Sequence record: JAKSYS010000061.1
DNA: 32,000 bases
Direction: 5' to 3' (one strand)
Positions 20,229 through 30,929 of this stretch are shown here, piece after piece. The stretch's first letter is position 1; each line of letters begins with the position of its first letter. A model generated the notes under the pieces. The model ran no database searches and had not been told where the DNA came from. It was given only the letters and a program-made list of their open reading frames with translations. The position numbers were made by a program, and so were the translations under genes.

Positions 20229-21293
20229 TTAGTCTTCGATTTCAAAAATTTCTTTAAAAACTTTATTTACTTTATCACCAGAATCAATAGATTCTAATGG
20301 ATCTTTTCTTAATCTGTGTCTTAAGCATAATGTTATTACTTTTCCAATGTCACTAACAGTAACTTTGTCACGACAATCGTAAGCTGCGTAAGCTTTTGCT
20401 GCTCGATTAGTCACAATATCACCTCGTAAACCATCAACATCTAACCGACTACAAACTTCTGAAATTTTAATTCGTAAGTCATAATCTAATTCAACCGAAG
20501 GTAATAATTTTTGAGCCGCAACAATTTTATCTCTTAATGCTTGTTGTTGACTTTCATAATTTTGTAACCATAACATAGGTGTTTGATCAAACGAAGTCCG
20601 TTCTTCAACAACTTTAACACGTAAAACAGGGTCTTTTACTGTTCTAATTTCAGCATGCATACCAAATCGATCTAATAATTGAGGACGTAATTCTCCTTCT
20701 TCTGGATTACCAGAGCCAACTAAAACAAATCGAGCCGGATGACGAATTGAGATACCTTCACGTTCTACTGTATTCCAACCTGAAGCAGCAGAATCTAAAA
20801 GAATATCAACTAAATGATCATCTAATAAATTTACTTCATCTACATAAAGTAAACCTCTGTTAGCTTTTGCTAGTAATCCAGGTTCAAAAGCTTTTATCCC
20901 TTCGGTTAAAGCTTTTTTCAATATCAATTGTACCACAAACACGATCTTCAGTAGCACCTAACGGTAAATCTACCATAGGAATTTTAATAAATTCCGTTTC
21001 GATCTCTTCACCATTTTGAATTGCCATTTTAACTTCATTGCCCATTAAATCTAAGTCAGATTTATGAGAATTAAACGGGTCATTTTTTACAACTTCAATT
21101 TCTGGTAATAAATCAGTAATAGCACGGATAGTTGTAGACTTTCCCGTACCTCTATCACCCATAATCATAACACCGCCAATTTTTGGATCAATAACATTCA
21201 ATTGCAAAGCTAATTTCATTTCTTCCTGACCCACAATTGCCGTAAATGGAAAAACGGGTGAATTAAATTTTTTTTTAAGTTTTCTGTTACCAT
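20229..21293 (-). CDS. chlI: Mg-chelatase subunit I (ChlI); frame broken twice (one missing and one extra base)
   Basis: The ATG at 21293 reads MVTENLKK. After the A-run, the conserved sequence [49 protein letters not shown]...[15 protein letters not shown] lies in a second frame. It then returns to the first frame as [62 protein letters not shown].... The total span is 1065 nt, exactly 355 codons. Confidence 0.92.
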
Positions 21294-21349
21294 AAAATTT
21301 CGTTAGATTTTGTTAAAAATTTTAAATGTATATAATTATATAGTTTGTG

Positions 21350-21442
21350 TTATTCGTTAAGAGTAGAACCTAAACGAACTGCTAAAATACTTGCTAATAA
21401 CGCAATACATAAAGCTGTATAAACTTGAGAATCAGCGATCAT
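21350..21442 (-). CDS. psaM: PSI subunit XII (PsaM)
   Basis: Hand-translated 30-aa ORF MIADSQVYTALCIALLASILAVRLGSTLNE, PsaM-like (MIxDxQ...LAxRLG). Confidence 0.75.
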   Translation of the reverse strand: MIADSQVYTALCIALLASILAVRLGSTLNE

Positions 21443-21599
21443 AGTTATTTTTGGGAAATTAAATAAAGATATATTATTTGGTTCTAAAGATTGATTTACG
21501 TTAAGTTGTAACAAAAATATTACAGAATTATTCTTAATTCTATGTACTTATAATTGTAGATTAAAAGAATAAAAAAAGTCTCACTATTTTATTAAATTT

Positions 21600-21902
21600 T
21601 TACCAACTTGATTTTGTAACACCTGGTAATAAACATTGATGACCCATTTCTCTAAAAACATGTCGTGATAAACCAAAATCACGGAAAAAGCCACGAGGAC
21701 GCCCTGTTTTCCAACAACGATTACGGATTCTAGTTTTTGAGCTGTTTCGTGGTAGTTTTTGTATTTTTGTATGAACTGCAAGCTTTAAAGAAAAAGTATC
21801 TGCTTGTTGGTATTGTTTTAATAATTTTGCTCGTTTTAAATGATATTTGGTATGTAATTGTAAGCGTTTTTTTTCACGCTCAATCATGCTTTTTTTTGCC
21901 AT
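21600..21902 (-). CDS. rps14: 30S ribosomal protein S14
   Basis: 100-aa ORF: [13 protein letters not shown]...[41 protein letters not shown]. Confidence 0.96.
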   Translation of the reverse strand: MAKKSMIEREKKRLQLHTKYHLKRAKLLKQYQQADTFSLKLAVHTKIQKLPRNSSKTRIRNRCWKTGRPRGFFRDFGLSRHVFREMGHQCLLPGVTKSSW

Positions 21903-22223
21903 ACTTTAAACAATTGAATGTTAATAAATGTAAATAATAAAGTTTTATAAATCGACAAATTGACGACTTTAATTCTATAAGTTTCATACTATTCTACCTA
22001 GTATAACAAAATAAGTAAAGATATTATATTATTTAAGATTACTAATTCAAAAAATTTATTAAAAGATTATGTAAATTTTAAGAATGCTTAGAAAGAATAA
22101 GAATCGTTTTTTAAAGTAATTAATTTTTTTTATCTTTGCTTATAATATTATATTGTCTAACTTTTATTTAGTTTAGTTGTAAGAAAGTCAAAAACCATTT
22201 TTATTATTAAGGAATGATTTACT

Positions 22224-23753
22224 ATGGCATTACCATGGTATCGTGTTCATACAGTTGTTTTAAATGATCCTGGTCGATTAATTGCTGTTCACTTAATGCA
22301 CACAGCATTAGTTGCTGGTTGGGCTGGCTCAATGGCATTATATGAACTTGCAGTTTTTGATCCATCTGATCCAGTACTAAATCCAATGTGGCGTCAAGGT
22401 ATGTTTGTTATGCCTTTCATGACACGTTTAGGAATTACAGATTCTTGGGGTGGTTGGAGTATAACAGGTGAAAGTGTTTCAAATCCAGGTATTTGGAGTT
22501 TTGAAGGTGTTGCTTTATCGCATATCGTATTATCAGGTATGTGTTTCTTAGCAGCAATTTGGCACTGGGTATATTGGGATTTAGAATTATTCCGTGATCC
22601 GCGTACAGGTGAACCTGCATTAGATTTACCAAAAATCTTTGGTATTCACTTATTTTTATCAGGTTTATTATGTTTTGGTTTCGGAGCTTTCCACGTAACA
22701 GGTTTATTTGGACCTGGTATTTGGGTATCTGATGCTTATGGTATCACAGGTAAAGTTCAACCTGTAGCACCTGCATGGGGTGCTGATGGGTTTAACCCAT
22801 TCAACCCTGGTGGGATTGCATCGCACCATATCGCAGCAGGTATTTTTGGTATTTTAGCAGGTATTTTCCATTTAACTGTACGTCCATCTCAAAGATTATA
22901 CCGTGCTTTACGTATGGGTAATATTGAAACTGTTTTATCTAGTAGTATTTCAGCTGTATTCTTTGCTGCTTTTGTTACATCAGGTACAATGTGGTACGGT
23001 GCTGCAGCAACTCCTATTGAATTATTTGGTCCTACACGTTACCAATGGGATAGTGGTTATTTCCAACAAGAAATCGAACGTCAAGTAGAAGCATCTGTTG
23101 GTGAAGGTTTATCAGAAAGTCAAGCTTGGTCAAGAATTCCTGATAAATTAGCATTCTACGATTACATTGGTAATAACCCTGCAAAAGGTGGTTTATTCCG
23201 TGCTGGTGCTATGGATAAAGGTGATGGGATTGCTGAAGCATGGTTAGGTCATCCAATTTTCCGTGATAAAGAAGGTCGCGAATTAACAGTTCGTCGTATG
23301 CCAGCTTTCTTCGAAACATTCCCTGTTATTTTAGTAGACAAAGATGGTATTATCCGTGCAGATATTCCATTCCGTCGTGCTGAATCTAAATATAGTATTG
23401 AGCAAGTAGGTGTTAGTGTTGATTTCTATGGTGGTAAATTAAATGGTCAAACATTCAAAGATGCACCAACTGTTAAGAAATTTGCACGTAAAGCACAATT
23501 AGGTGAAGTTTTCGAATTTGATCGTACAAGTTTAGAATCTGATGGTGTATTTAGAAGTAGTCCACGTGGTTGGTACACTTTTGGTCATGCTAACTTTGCT
23601 TTATTATTCTTCTTCGGTCATTTATGGCATGGTGGTCGTACGATCTTCCGTGATGTTTTCACAGGTATTGGTGCAGAGGTTACAGAACAAGTAGAATTTG
23701 GTGTATTCCAAAAACTTGGTGATAAAACAACTAAAAAACAAGGTGCGGTTTAA
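22224..23753 (+). CDS. psbB: PSII CP47 chlorophyll apoprotein
   Basis: 509-aa ORF: [61 protein letters not shown]... Confidence 0.99.
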   Translation: MALPWYRVHTVVLNDPGRLIAVHLMHTALVAGWAGSMALYELAVFDPSDPVLNPMWRQGMFVMPFMTRLGITDSWGGWSITGESVSNPGIWSFEGVALSHIVLSGMCFLAAIWHWVYWDLELFRDPRTGEPALDLPKIFGIHLFLSGLLCFGFGAFHVTGLFGPGIWVSDAYGITGKVQPVAPAWGADGFNPFNPGGIASHHIAAGIFGILAGIFHLTVRPSQRLYRALRMGNIETVLSSSISAVFFAAFVTSGTMWYGAAATPIELFGPTRYQWDSGYFQQEIERQVEASVGEGLSESQAWSRIPDKLAFYDYIGNNPAKGGLFRAGAMDKGDGIAEAWLGHPIFRDKEGRELTVRRMPAFFETFPVILVDKDGIIRADIPFRRAESKYSIEQVGVSVDFYGGKLNGQTFKDAPTVKKFARKAQLGEVFEFDRTSLESDGVFRSSPRGWYTFGHANFALLFFFGHLWHGGRTIFRDVFTGIGAEVTEQVEFGVFQKLGDKTTKKQGAV

Positions 23754-23806
23754 TCTAAATCAAATCTTTGTTTCTACCTTTTTTTAAATTTAAATAGGAT
23801 TAAACA

Positions 23807-23905
23807 ATGGAAGCTTTAGTTTACACATTTTTACTTATTGGTACATTAATAGTAATTTTCTTTGCTGTATTCTTCAGAGAAACTCCACGAATCATCAAAA
23901 AATAA
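23807..23905 (+). CDS. psbT: PSII protein T
   Basis: Hand-translated 32-aa [35 protein letters not shown], directly downstream of psbB. Confidence 0.9.
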   Translation: MEALVYTFLLIGTLIVIFFAVFFRETPRIIKK

Positions 23906-23926
23906 AACCATTTATTATGGTTTTAT
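23902..23926. terminator. 10-bp stem-loop between convergent psbT and psbN
   Basis: ataaaaccat (23902-23911) pairs with atggttttat (23917-23926). It overlaps the psbT stop codon. Confidence 0.35.
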
Positions 23927-23928
23927 TT

Positions 23929-24060
23929 TTAGTCTTCGTGTTCTTCAAAAGGATCTCGTAAATTTTGAGCAGCAGGACCAAAAGCAGTGTATATAGAATA
24001 TGTAGTAATTCCTAGAAGTAAACTCGATACAAAAATAACAATAATAGTTGCTGTTTCCAT
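23929..24060 (-). CDS. psbN: PSII assembly protein PsbN
   Basis: Hand-translated 43-aa [46 protein letters not shown], on the opposite strand between psbT and psbH as in the conserved psbB cluster. Confidence 0.9.
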   Translation of the reverse strand: METATIIVIFVSSLLLGITTYSIYTAFGPAAQNLRDPFEEHED

Positions 24061-24141
24061 GTTATATTATTATTTAAATTAACAGTTTAGTATTATATAA
24101 CATCTGATAGAAAATTAATTTATTAAAAAATAAATATTTTT

Positions 24142-24345
24142 ATGGCATTACGAACACGATTAGGTGAAATCTTACGCCCATTAAATGCTGAATATGGTAA
24201 AGTTGCTCCAGGTTGGGGTACAACACCAATTATGGCAGTAGTAATGGGAGCATTTTTAGTATTTTTATTAATTATTTTACAAATCTACAATTCATCATTA
24301 ATTATTGAGAATGTAGATGTAGATTGGGCAAACGGACTTGTATAA
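24142..24345 (+). CDS. psbH: PSII phosphoprotein H
   Basis: 67-aa ORF: [44 protein letters not shown]. Confidence 0.95.
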   Translation: MALRTRLGEILRPLNAEYGKVAPGWGTTPIMAVVMGAFLVFLLIILQIYNSSLIIENVDVDWANGLV

Positions 24346-24400
24346 TTTATTAAGTTTTAGTAAGCTTAATGCAGGATATAACGAAAACTAATATAAAATA

Positions 24401-24442
24401 TGATTGATATCTCTACAATTTAAATTGTAGAGATATCAATCA
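24401..24442. terminator. 20-bp perfect stem-loop downstream of psbH
   Basis: tgattgatatctctacaatt (24401-24420) is the exact reverse complement of 24423-24442. Confidence 0.55.
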
Positions 24443-24466
24443 ATTAAAACATAAACTAACGAATCT

Positions 24467-24556
24467 ATGGATATTATAAGTCTAGGTTGGGCTGGTTTAA
24501 TGACAATGTTTACATTTTCATTAGCACTAGTAGTATGGGCTCGAAATGGTTTCTAA
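24467..24556 (+). CDS. petN: Cytochrome b6f subunit VIII (PetN)
   Basis: Hand-translated 29-aa [32 protein letters not shown], PetN-like. Confidence 0.85.
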   Translation: MDIISLGWAGLMTMFTFSLALVVWARNGF

Positions 24557-24587
24557 TACTTTAAATTCTTAAAATTTTAAATATATA

Positions 24588-24716
24588 ATGGAATTAATTC
24601 TTAAAATCTTTCCGTATGCTAGCCCTGAAATTGTGACAGCAGCAGTTACTTGTTTCTTCATGACTTTATTTGGTCTTTCATTAGGATTTGCTTTATTAAA
24701 AGTTCAAGGTGAATAG
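24588..24716 (+). CDS. petM: Cytochrome b6f subunit VII (PetM), with a short N-terminal extension
   Basis: Hand-translated 42-aa ORF MELILKIFPYASPEIVTAAVTCFFMTLFGLSLGFALLKVQGE. The C-terminal GLxxGFxLLKxQGE matches PetM as I recall it. Confidence 0.7.
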   Translation: MELILKIFPYASPEIVTAAVTCFFMTLFGLSLGFALLKVQGE

Positions 24717-24764
24717 ACAAGATTTAATAATAATATAACAAATATTATTATTAAATTATTTTAA

Positions 24765-24838
24765 CGGGACTGACGAGACTCGAACTCGCAACTTCCGCCG
24801 TGACAGGGCGGTGCTCTAACCAATTGAACTACAATCCC
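24765..24838 (-). tRNA. trnD: tRNA-Asp (GUC)
   Basis: Reverse complement GGGATTG TA GTTC AATTGGTTA GAGC A CCGCC CTGTCAC GGCGG AAGTT GCGAG TTCGAGT CTCGT CAGTCCC G. Confidence 0.93.
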
Positions 24839-24912
24839 AAATTCTCTCTCCATTGCATAACAGACACAACCTACTGTAACAGTTTTCTATCAAATTGTCA
24901 AATAATATTTTA

Positions 24913-24999
24913 AGGAGAAACAGGGATTCGAACCCTGGGTACAAATAATTGTACGATAGATTAGCAATCTATTGCTTTCGACCACTCAGCCATTTCTCC
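24913..24999 (-). tRNA. trnS: tRNA-Ser (GCU)
   Basis: The reverse complement starts GGAGAAA TG GCTG AGTGGTCGAA AGCA ATAGA TTGCTAA TCTAT, followed by a long variable arm, then CAGGG TTCGAAT CCCTG TTTCTCC T. Confidence 0.9.
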
Positions 25000-25138
25000 A
25001 AATTTAAAAATTTGTACAATTTATAGAGTTTATAAGATTCAAAATAATAAAAAATTTTAAATTTTATCTTTAACTAATGTCAAAAAGAAGCTACAAATTA
25101 TGAATTACCCTATTAAATAAATAATAATCGCATTTCAA

Positions 25139-25211
25139 TGGCTCCGGTTGGATTTGAACCTACGACCTTGGGCTTATGAATCCCCTGCTCTAACCACTGA
25201 GCTACGGAGCC
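25139..25211 (-). tRNA. trnM: Elongator-type tRNA (CAU), presumably tRNA-Met
   Basis: Reverse complement GGCTCCG TA GCTC AGTGGTTA GAGC A GGGGA TTCATAA GCCCA AGGTC GTAGG TTCAAAT CCAAC CGGAGCC A. The acceptor stem is perfect; the anticodon stem has only 3 Watson-Crick pairs. Confidence 0.8.
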
Positions 25212-25291
25212 TTGCGAATTTGGGTAACTTTATAGTAATTATAACATTAGGATAATAAATTTTTATTCTTTTATTAATTATTTCAAATAAA

Positions 25292-25346
25292 TTGTAGCAT
25301 TTTATATTGAGGTAAAATTTATAGTCCTCAATATAAAGTGTTACAA
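25292..25346. terminator. 21-bp stem-loop (2 G-U pairs, 13-nt loop) immediately downstream of psaI
   Basis: ttgtagcattttatattgagg (25292-25312) pairs with cctcaatataaagtgttacaa (25326-25346). Confidence 0.5.
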
Positions 25347-25347
25347 C

Positions 25348-25461
25348 TTAATCTTCAATATCATTCGAAGAAATATAAATAAAAAATAAAGCCATACTTA
25401 AAGCTGGGAAAACTATTCCAACAATAGGAACTAAAATTGATGGTAAAAAAGCAGCTGCCAT
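25348..25461 (-). CDS. psaI: PSI subunit VIII (PsaI)
   Basis: Hand-translated 37-aa ORF MAAAFLPSILVPIVGIVFPALSMALFFIYISSNDIED, with the PsaI-like LPSIxVPxVGxVFPA motif. Confidence 0.8.
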   Translation of the reverse strand: MAAAFLPSILVPIVGIVFPALSMALFFIYISSNDIED

Positions 25462-25660
25462 AGATTACGTTAAATTTTAAAAGTTTTTAAATTAAGAATT
25501 ATTAATCGCAAAAATTGCTATTATCCATTCTATACTAAAAATTACAATAATAAAACATTAATATAAATCATAAAATTAATAATTTTTAAAGTAAAATTAA
25601 TAATATTAAATCGAAGATTTTTATCATTTCAAGTTTTATATATAAATAAATTTAATAATT

Positions 25661-25795
25661 ATGGAAACTTTATTATTATCACGTTTACCAGAAGCATATA
25701 TCGTTTTTAGTCCTATTGTTGATGTTTTACCTATTATTCCTGTCTTTTTCTTATTATTAGCATTTGTTTGGCAAGCTTCTATTGGTTTTAGATAA
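25661..25795 (+). CDS. psbK: PSII protein K
   Basis: Hand-translated 44-aa [47 protein letters not shown]. Confidence 0.92.
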   Translation: METLLLSRLPEAYIVFSPIVDVLPIIPVFFLLLAFVWQASIGFR

Positions 25796-25881
25796 TTTAA
25801 AATATATAATTTACGAAACCTGCGCTACAATATATAGTCAGTAACTTTTGTTATAATAATTTATATAAAATTCAAAAATAA

Positions 25882-25995
25882 ATGGTTGAACCTTTATTAT
25901 CTGGAATCGTTTTAGGTATGATTACCGTTTCAGCTTTTGGTCTTTTTGTAGCGGCATTTTTACAATATCGTCGTGGAAATCAATTTGAAATTTAA
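25882..25995 (+). CDS. petG: Cytochrome b6f subunit V (PetG)
   Basis: Hand-translated 37-aa [40 protein letters not shown]. Confidence 0.92.
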   Translation: MVEPLLSGIVLGMITVSAFGLFVAAFLQYRRGNQFEI

Positions 25996-26003
25996 TTTCA
26001 TTA

Positions 26004-26037
26004 AAATTTTGTAAACTTTATAAAGTTTACAAAATTT
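26004..26037. terminator. 17-bp perfect palindrome downstream of petG
   Basis: aaattttgtaaacttta (26004-26020) is followed directly by its reverse complement (26021-26037). Confidence 0.5.
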
Positions 26038-26136
26038 CAAATTAACTAAAAAATTATTTGACTAATTAGAAACCTTATAGTATATATAGTGGTAATGGAA
26101 ATGATAATATAGTGACTAATATATCACTTAAATTTA

Positions 26137-26208
26137 GCTGGTGTAGCTCAACGGTAGAGCAACGGATTTGTAATCCGTAGGTTGGGGGTTCAAATCCCTT
26201 CACCAGCT
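26137..26208 (+). tRNA. trnT: tRNA-Thr (UGU)
   Basis: GCTGGTG TA GCTC AACGGTA GAGC A ACGGA TTTGTAA TCCGT AGGTT GGGGG TTCAAAT CCCTT CACCAGC T. Confidence 0.92.
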
Positions 26209-26375
26209 TTCAAATTATAGAATTTTTATAATACAACCAGTCCAACAATTTTTCATTTAAAATAACGTTTGTGATTTTTATTTTGGTTTTTAAAATCACC
26301 CCCGCTCTGACAATAATAATTTTTAAGTTTTGAAACATCCCAAACTTTAAAACAATAAAAAAAATATTTGAATAA

Positions 26376-26413
26376 TTAATTTTATCTAGTTCATATGAAC
26401 TAGATAAAATTAA
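26376..26413. terminator. 19-bp perfect palindrome just downstream of psbC
   Basis: ttaattttatctagttcat (26376-26394) is followed directly by its reverse complement (26395-26413). Confidence 0.55.
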
Positions 26414-26420
26414 GAGATAA

Positions 26421-27836
26421 TTAATCAATAGGACGCATAGATAATACAGGCTCGTTTGCACGATTAATACCTTTTTCAAAACCTGCAGCAGCTGCACGAG
26501 CACGGCCTGAATGCCACCAGTGACCTACTAGGAAGAAGAATCCTAAAATGAAATGTGAACAACATAACCATGAACGAGGTGATACATAGTTAACAGAGTT
26601 AATTTCAGTCGCAACACCACCTACAGAATTTAATGATCCTAAAGGAGCATGTGTCATATATTCAGCAGCACGACGTTCTTGCCATGGTTGAATATCATTT
26701 TTAATTTTATTGATATCTAAACCATTTGGACCACGTAATGGCTCAACCCAAGGAGCACGTAAATCCCAGAAACGCATTGTTTCACCACCAAAAATGATTT
26801 CACCACTTGGTGAACGCATTAAGTATTTACCTAAACCTGTTGGACCTTGTGCAGATGATACATTAGCACCTAAACGTTGATCTCGAACTAAAAAAGTAAA
26901 TGCTTGCGATTGTGAAGCTTCTGGACCTGTTGGACCATATAATTCACTAGGATAAGCTGTATTATTATACCAAGAGTATAATGATGCAGTAAAGCCCATA
27001 AGACTGATTGCTGCTAAACTGTATGATAAATAAGCTTCACCAGACCAAACAAAAGCTCGACGAGCCCATGCAAATGGCTTAGTGAAAATATGCCATAAAC
27101 CACCAGTAATACATAGAACACCTACCCAGATGTGACCACCTACGATATCTTCCATATTATTTACAGATACAACCCAACCGTCACCACCAAAAGGTGAACG
27201 GAATACATAACCGAAGATTACAATTGGATTTAATGTTGGTGTTGTAATAAAACGAACATCACCACCACCTGGAGCCCAAGTATCATAAACTCCACCAAAA
27301 TACATAGCTTTAATAACTAATAAGAATGACCCAATTCCTAGTAAACATAAATGGATACCTAAAATTGTTGTCATTTTATTTTTATCACGCCAGTCATAAC
27401 CAAAAAATGGGAATGATTCTTCTAATGTATCTGGGCCTAATAAAGAGTGATAAATACCACCAAAACCTAAAACTGCAGATGAGATTAAATGAACTACACC
27501 TACTGCAAAATATGGTAACGTTGAAGTAATTTCACCACCAGGACCAATACCGTAACCTAAAGTAGCTAAATGGGGAATACAGATAAAACCTTGTTCATAT
27601 AATGGTTTTTCCGGTACGAAATGTGAAACTTCAAATAATACCATAGCGCCTGCCCAAAATACCATTAAACCGGCATGAGCAACATGAGCACCTAATAATT
27701 TACCTGAAACATTGATTAAACGTGCATTTCCACTCCACCAAGCGAAACCTGTTGACTCAATGTCGCGACCTGCGATACTACTATTAAAGGGCGTTTCCAC
27801 GTGGTAATACCTCCTCAGGGAATACAAAGTTTTCAT
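26421..27836 (-). CDS. psbC: PSII CP43 chlorophyll apoprotein
   Basis: The ORF reads [63 protein letters not shown]... from the ATG at 27836. This start gives the classic 53-nt overlap with the psbD 3' end. Confidence 0.97.
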   Translation of the reverse strand: MKTLYSLRRYYHVETPFNSSIAGRDIESTGFAWWSGNARLINVSGKLLGAHVAHAGLMVFWAGAMVLFEVSHFVPEKPLYEQGFICIPHLATLGYGIGPGGEITSTLPYFAVGVVHLISSAVLGFGGIYHSLLGPDTLEESFPFFGYDWRDKNKMTTILGIHLCLLGIGSFLLVIKAMYFGGVYDTWAPGGGDVRFITTPTLNPIVIFGYVFRSPFGGDGWVVSVNNMEDIVGGHIWVGVLCITGGLWHIFTKPFAWARRAFVWSGEAYLSYSLAAISLMGFTASLYSWYNNTAYPSELYGPTGPEASQSQAFTFLVRDQRLGANVSSAQGPTGLGKYLMRSPSGEIIFGGETMRFWDLRAPWVEPLRGPNGLDINKIKNDIQPWQERRAAEYMTHAPLGSLNSVGGVATEINSVNYVSPRSWLCCSHFILGFFFLVGHWWHSGRARAAAAGFEKGINRANEPVLSMRPID

Positions 27837-28839
27837 GTGGTTGATCCTGTGCGGCCATCCAAGCACGAATACCTTCGTTTAATAAAATGTTTTTTGTGTA
27901 GAATGTTTCAAATTCAGGATCTTCAGCAGCACGTAACTCTTGTGATACGAAATCATAAGCACGTAAGTTTAATGCTAAACCAACGATACCGATAGCACTT
28001 GTCCATAAACCTGTTACAGGTACAAATAACATAAAGAAGTGTAACCAACGTTTGTTAGAAAAAGCTACACCAAAAATTTGTGACCAGAAACGGTTCGCTG
28101 TAACCATTGAATAAGTTTCTTCTGATTGAGTTGGTGTGAAAGCACGGAAAGTGTTAGCTGCATCACCATCTTCAAATAAAGTATTTTCAACAGTAGCTCC
28201 GTGAATAGCACATAATAATGCACCACCTAAAATTCCAGCAACACCCATCATATGGAACGGGTTTAATGTCCAGTTATGGAAACCTTGTAAGAATAATAAG
28301 AAACGGAAGATTGCAGCAACACCAAAACTTGGTGCGAAGAACCAACTTGCTTGACCTAAAGGGTATAATAAGAATACAGACACAAAAACAGCAATTGGAC
28401 CAGAGAATGCAATTGCGTTATATGGACGAATACCTACTAAACGTGCAATTTCAAATTGACGTAAGCAGAACCCAATTAAACCAAATGAACCATGTAAAGC
28501 AATAAATGCCCAAAGGCCACCAATTTGACACCAGCGTGTAAAATCACCTTGAGCTTCAGGACCCCATAATAATAATAATGAGTGACCCATACTGTTAGCA
28601 GGTGTCGATACTGCTGCTGTTAAAAAATTACAACCTTCAAGGTAAGAACTAGCTAAACCATGAGTATACCATGATGTTACAAAAGTTGTACCTGTTAACC
28701 AACCGCCTGTAGCTAAATACGCAGTTGGGAATAATAATAAACCTGACCAACCAACGAAAACAAATCGATCTTTCTTTAACCAATCGTCAATTAGATCAAA
28801 TAAGCCACGTTCTTGGTTTTGCCCAATAGCAATGGTCAT
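27784..28839 (-). CDS. psbD: PSII D2 reaction-centre protein
   Basis: 351-aa ORF: [47 protein letters not shown]... Confidence 0.99.
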   Translation of the reverse strand: MTIAIGQNQERGLFDLIDDWLKKDRFVFVGWSGLLLFPTAYLATGGWLTGTTFVTSWYTHGLASSYLEGCNFLTAAVSTPANSMGHSLLLLWGPEAQGDFTRWCQIGGLWAFIALHGSFGLIGFCLRQFEIARLVGIRPYNAIAFSGPIAVFVSVFLLYPLGQASWFFAPSFGVAAIFRFLLFLQGFHNWTLNPFHMMGVAGILGGALLCAIHGATVENTLFEDGDAANTFRAFTPTQSEETYSMVTANRFWSQIFGVAFSNKRWLHFFMLFVPVTGLWTSAIGIVGLALNLRAYDFVSQELRAAEDPEFETFYTKNILLNEGIRAWMAAQDQPHENFVFPEEVLPRGNAL

Positions 28840-29016
28840 ATTATAAAAATCCTTTAATTAATTTAAAATTAGTGGATAAACATAGTAATTGAGTATTTTA
28901 TCCAAATCTTTACAACTAGTAATTATCATTATATAGCATTTAATAATAAATTTTTTAAAATATTTTATTCTTTTTAATTTATATAGAATAGCAGATTAGT
29001 AATAATAAAATATTTT

Positions 29017-29211
29017 ATGAATAGTTTTTGGACAAATATTCTTCGATATCCAAGATTTTTTATTAGTAGTTTAGTAGGTTTAATTTTAGTTATTCTTACA
29101 CCTTTTAGGAATTTATTTAAAATACCAAAATTGCGTATATTTTTAATTATTTTGATTATTTTAATTTTTATAGGATTATATTTTATACTTATAAATATGA
29201 CAGCATTATAA
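29017..29211 (+). CDS. ycf33: Conserved plastid membrane protein Ycf33
   Basis: 64-aa ORF: MNSFWTNILRYPRFFISSLVGLILVILTPFRNLFK, matching the Ycf33 N-terminal pattern as I recall it. Confidence 0.7.
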   Translation: MNSFWTNILRYPRFFISSLVGLILVILTPFRNLFKIPKLRIFLIILIILIFIGLYFILINMTAL

Positions 29212-29222
29212 TTAAATATTCT

Positions 29223-29304
29223 TGGGCCGGGTTGGATTCGAACCAACGTAACATGACGTAGCGGATTTACAATCCGCCCCCTTTAACCACTCGGGCACCG
29301 ACCC
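29223..29304 (-). tRNA. trnY: tRNA-Tyr (GUA)
   Basis: The reverse complement starts GGGTCGG TG CCCG AGTGGTTAAA GGGG GCGGA TTGTAAA TCCGC, followed by a long variable arm, then GTTGG TTCGAAT CCAAC CCGGCCC A. Confidence 0.92.
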
Positions 29305-29458
29305 TCCCAAAAATTCTATCATAATAAAATTAAAAAGACAATCTTTAAAATTATTATAAAGCTATAGAATTTTTTAATTTTATTGATATATTGACGTTTT
29401 AAAGTTTTTGGGTTACAATTAGTTAGTAAGTAGATATTATATGTATTTACTAATTATT

Positions 29459-29530
29459 GGGCAATTAACTCAGCGGTAGAGTGTCTGCCTTACAAGCAGA
29501 AGGCCACAGGTTCAAATCCTGTATTGCCCA
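29459..29530 (+). tRNA. trnV: tRNA-Val (UAC)
   Basis: GGGCAAT TA ACTC AGCGGTA GAGT G TCTGC CTTACAA GCAGA AGGCC ACAGG TTCAAAT CCTGT ATTGCCC A. Confidence 0.92.
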
Positions 29531-29536
29531 TAGCTA

Positions 29537-29609
29537 GGGCCTATCGTCTAACGGATTAGGACAGAAACCTTCTAAGTTTCCAATGTAGGTTCGATTCCTA
29601 CTGGGCCTA
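29537..29609 (+). tRNA. trnR: tRNA-Arg (UCU)
   Basis: GGGCCTA TC GTCT AACGGATTA GGAC A GAAAC CTTCTAA GTTTC CAAT GTAGG TTCGATT CCTAC TGGGCCT A. Confidence 0.9.
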
Positions 29610-29735
29610 TTTCAATATTTATGTCTTTTAATAGTCTTTAAAATTTTATATGTAGTAAGCTATTTTTTGAAGGCTATCTATTATTAAAAGTTATAATTTT
29701 AATAGATAAAATTAACTAACAGTTTTAATTACAAA

Positions 29736-29807
29736 TGGGTTGCCTGGGATTCGAACCCAGAACTATTCGGTTAAAAGCCGAGTACTCTACCATTGAGTTA
29801 GCAACCC
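29736..29807 (-). tRNA. trnK: tRNA-Lys (UUU)
   Basis: Reverse complement GGGTTGC TA ACTC AATGGTA GAGT A CTCGG CTTTTAA CCGAA TAGTT CTGGG TTCGAAT CCCAG GCAACCC A. Confidence 0.92.
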
Positions 29808-30014
29808 TACACTTATTATAACACAAAGTTATATGATTATCATATTATTTGATTTAACTTTTAATAAAAATATTAGCTTTTACTGTAAATATTTTTTAAT
29901 AAAAATAATATTTTTTCTTTGTTCTTTTTAAAGTAAAATTAAAAGTAACATTACGGGTTATTTTATTCTTTAAAATTTCATTAACATTTAAATTAAATAA
30001 ACAAGGATCTTAAA

Positions 30015-30119
30015 ATGATTAATTGGCAAGTTTTAGGTCAGCTAATTTCTACAGGTGTTATTATGTTATCAGGTCCAGCTATCATTGTTTTACTAGCTTT
30101 AAAAAAAGGCAATCTTTAA
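30015..30119 (+). CDS. psb30: PSII protein Psb30 (Ycf12)
   Basis: Hand-translated 34-aa [37 protein letters not shown]. The C-terminal GPxIIxLLAxxxGNL is Ycf12-like. Confidence 0.8.
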   Translation: MINWQVLGQLISTGVIMLSGPAIIVLLALKKGNL

Positions 30120-30160
30120 TTCTTTTCTTAACATCAATATAAAAATTTAAAAAAAAACTT

Positions 30161-30349
30161 ATGTTAATTACTGCTTTAGTAGCTGTGTTTGTTTTAATTT
30201 CATTAGGTTTAGTTGTTACTGTTCCAGTAGCATTAGCTACGCCAGGTGAATGGGATGCAGCAAAACCGACTTTTAACCGTGCTTTTCAACTTTGGATTGG
30301 TCTTGTTCTTGTAATTGCAATTGCTGATGGTATTGCTACATCAATTTAG
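30161..30349 (+). CDS. psbZ: PSII protein Z (Ycf9)
   Basis: 62-aa two-TM ORF: [54 protein letters not shown]. Confidence 0.9.
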   Translation: MLITALVAVFVLISLGLVVTVPVALATPGEWDAAKPTFNRAFQLWIGLVLVIAIADGIATSI

Positions 30350-30377
30350 AAATTATAGTTTAACTATAATTTCTAAA
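30345..30377. terminator. 16-bp stem-loop overlapping the psbZ stop codon
   Basis: tttagaaattatagtt (30345-30360) pairs perfectly with aactataatttctaaa (30362-30377). Confidence 0.5.
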
Positions 30378-30455
30378 CCCTTGACAATTCTAATATTCTA
30401 ATATAATGTTACTCCAGAATAACATAGACACTAAATTATATTTAGTTATATGCTA

Positions 30456-30527
30456 GCGGGCATAGCTCAGTGGTAGAGCGCAACCTTGCCAAGGTTGATG
30501 TCGCGCGTTCGAATCGCGTTGCCCGCT
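30456..30527 (+). tRNA. trnG: tRNA-Gly (GCC)
   Basis: GCGGGCA TA GCTC AGTGGTA GAGC G CAACC TTGCCAA GGTTG ATGTC GCGCG TTCGAAT CGCGT TGCCCGC T. Confidence 0.93.
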
Positions 30528-30536
30528 TCATTTTAA

Positions 30537-30609
30537 GCCCCCATCGTCTAGAGGCCTAGGACAGCTCCCTTTCACGGAGCAGACAGGGATTCGAATTCCC
30601 TTGGGGGTA
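30537..30609 (+). tRNA. trnE: tRNA-Glu (UUC)
   Basis: GCCCCCA TC GTCT AGAGGCCTA GGAC A GCTCC CTTTCAC GGAGC AGAC AGGGA TTCGAAT TCCCT TGGGGGT A. Confidence 0.93.
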
Positions 30610-30929
30610 TTTCAGTATGAGATACTTAAAAAATTATAATTTTTGATATTATTTAAATTGCCTTCGGCAGGTTTACAGAGATTAGATAATATGCTATTAT
30701 TTTTCTAGTAGCAAATTGACAGATCGATACATATTTACTTTAAACTTTACCAATTTATTAGAAAACTTTTTATAAGCTATTCTTTAAATCCTTTGTTTTT
30801 AGTTTTTAACTGACTGAAATAACAAAGTTATGCCAAAAATAGCATTAACAAAAAGTTTTAATATTTTATACTACTAAGTATAGTATTGATCTTTTATTTT
30901 ATTAACCTAATGCTCAAAGAGAGTGCAAA

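Noticed and set aside
27837-27866. A 10-codon upstream extension of psbC ([10 protein letters not shown]) appears in the ORF track.
   Set aside because: The conserved CP43 N-terminus begins at MKTLYSLRR (ATG at 27836). The extension lies within psbD coding sequence and uses a non-ATG start.
30658-30671. A small hairpin, ttgcc-ttc-ggcag, in the trnE-to-ORF spacer was considered as the apex of a plastid SRP RNA (ffs).
   Set aside because: The stem is only 4-5 bp. There is no GNRA tetraloop, no AGCA/GA internal-loop motifs and no extended flanking helix, so it is not supportable by eye.
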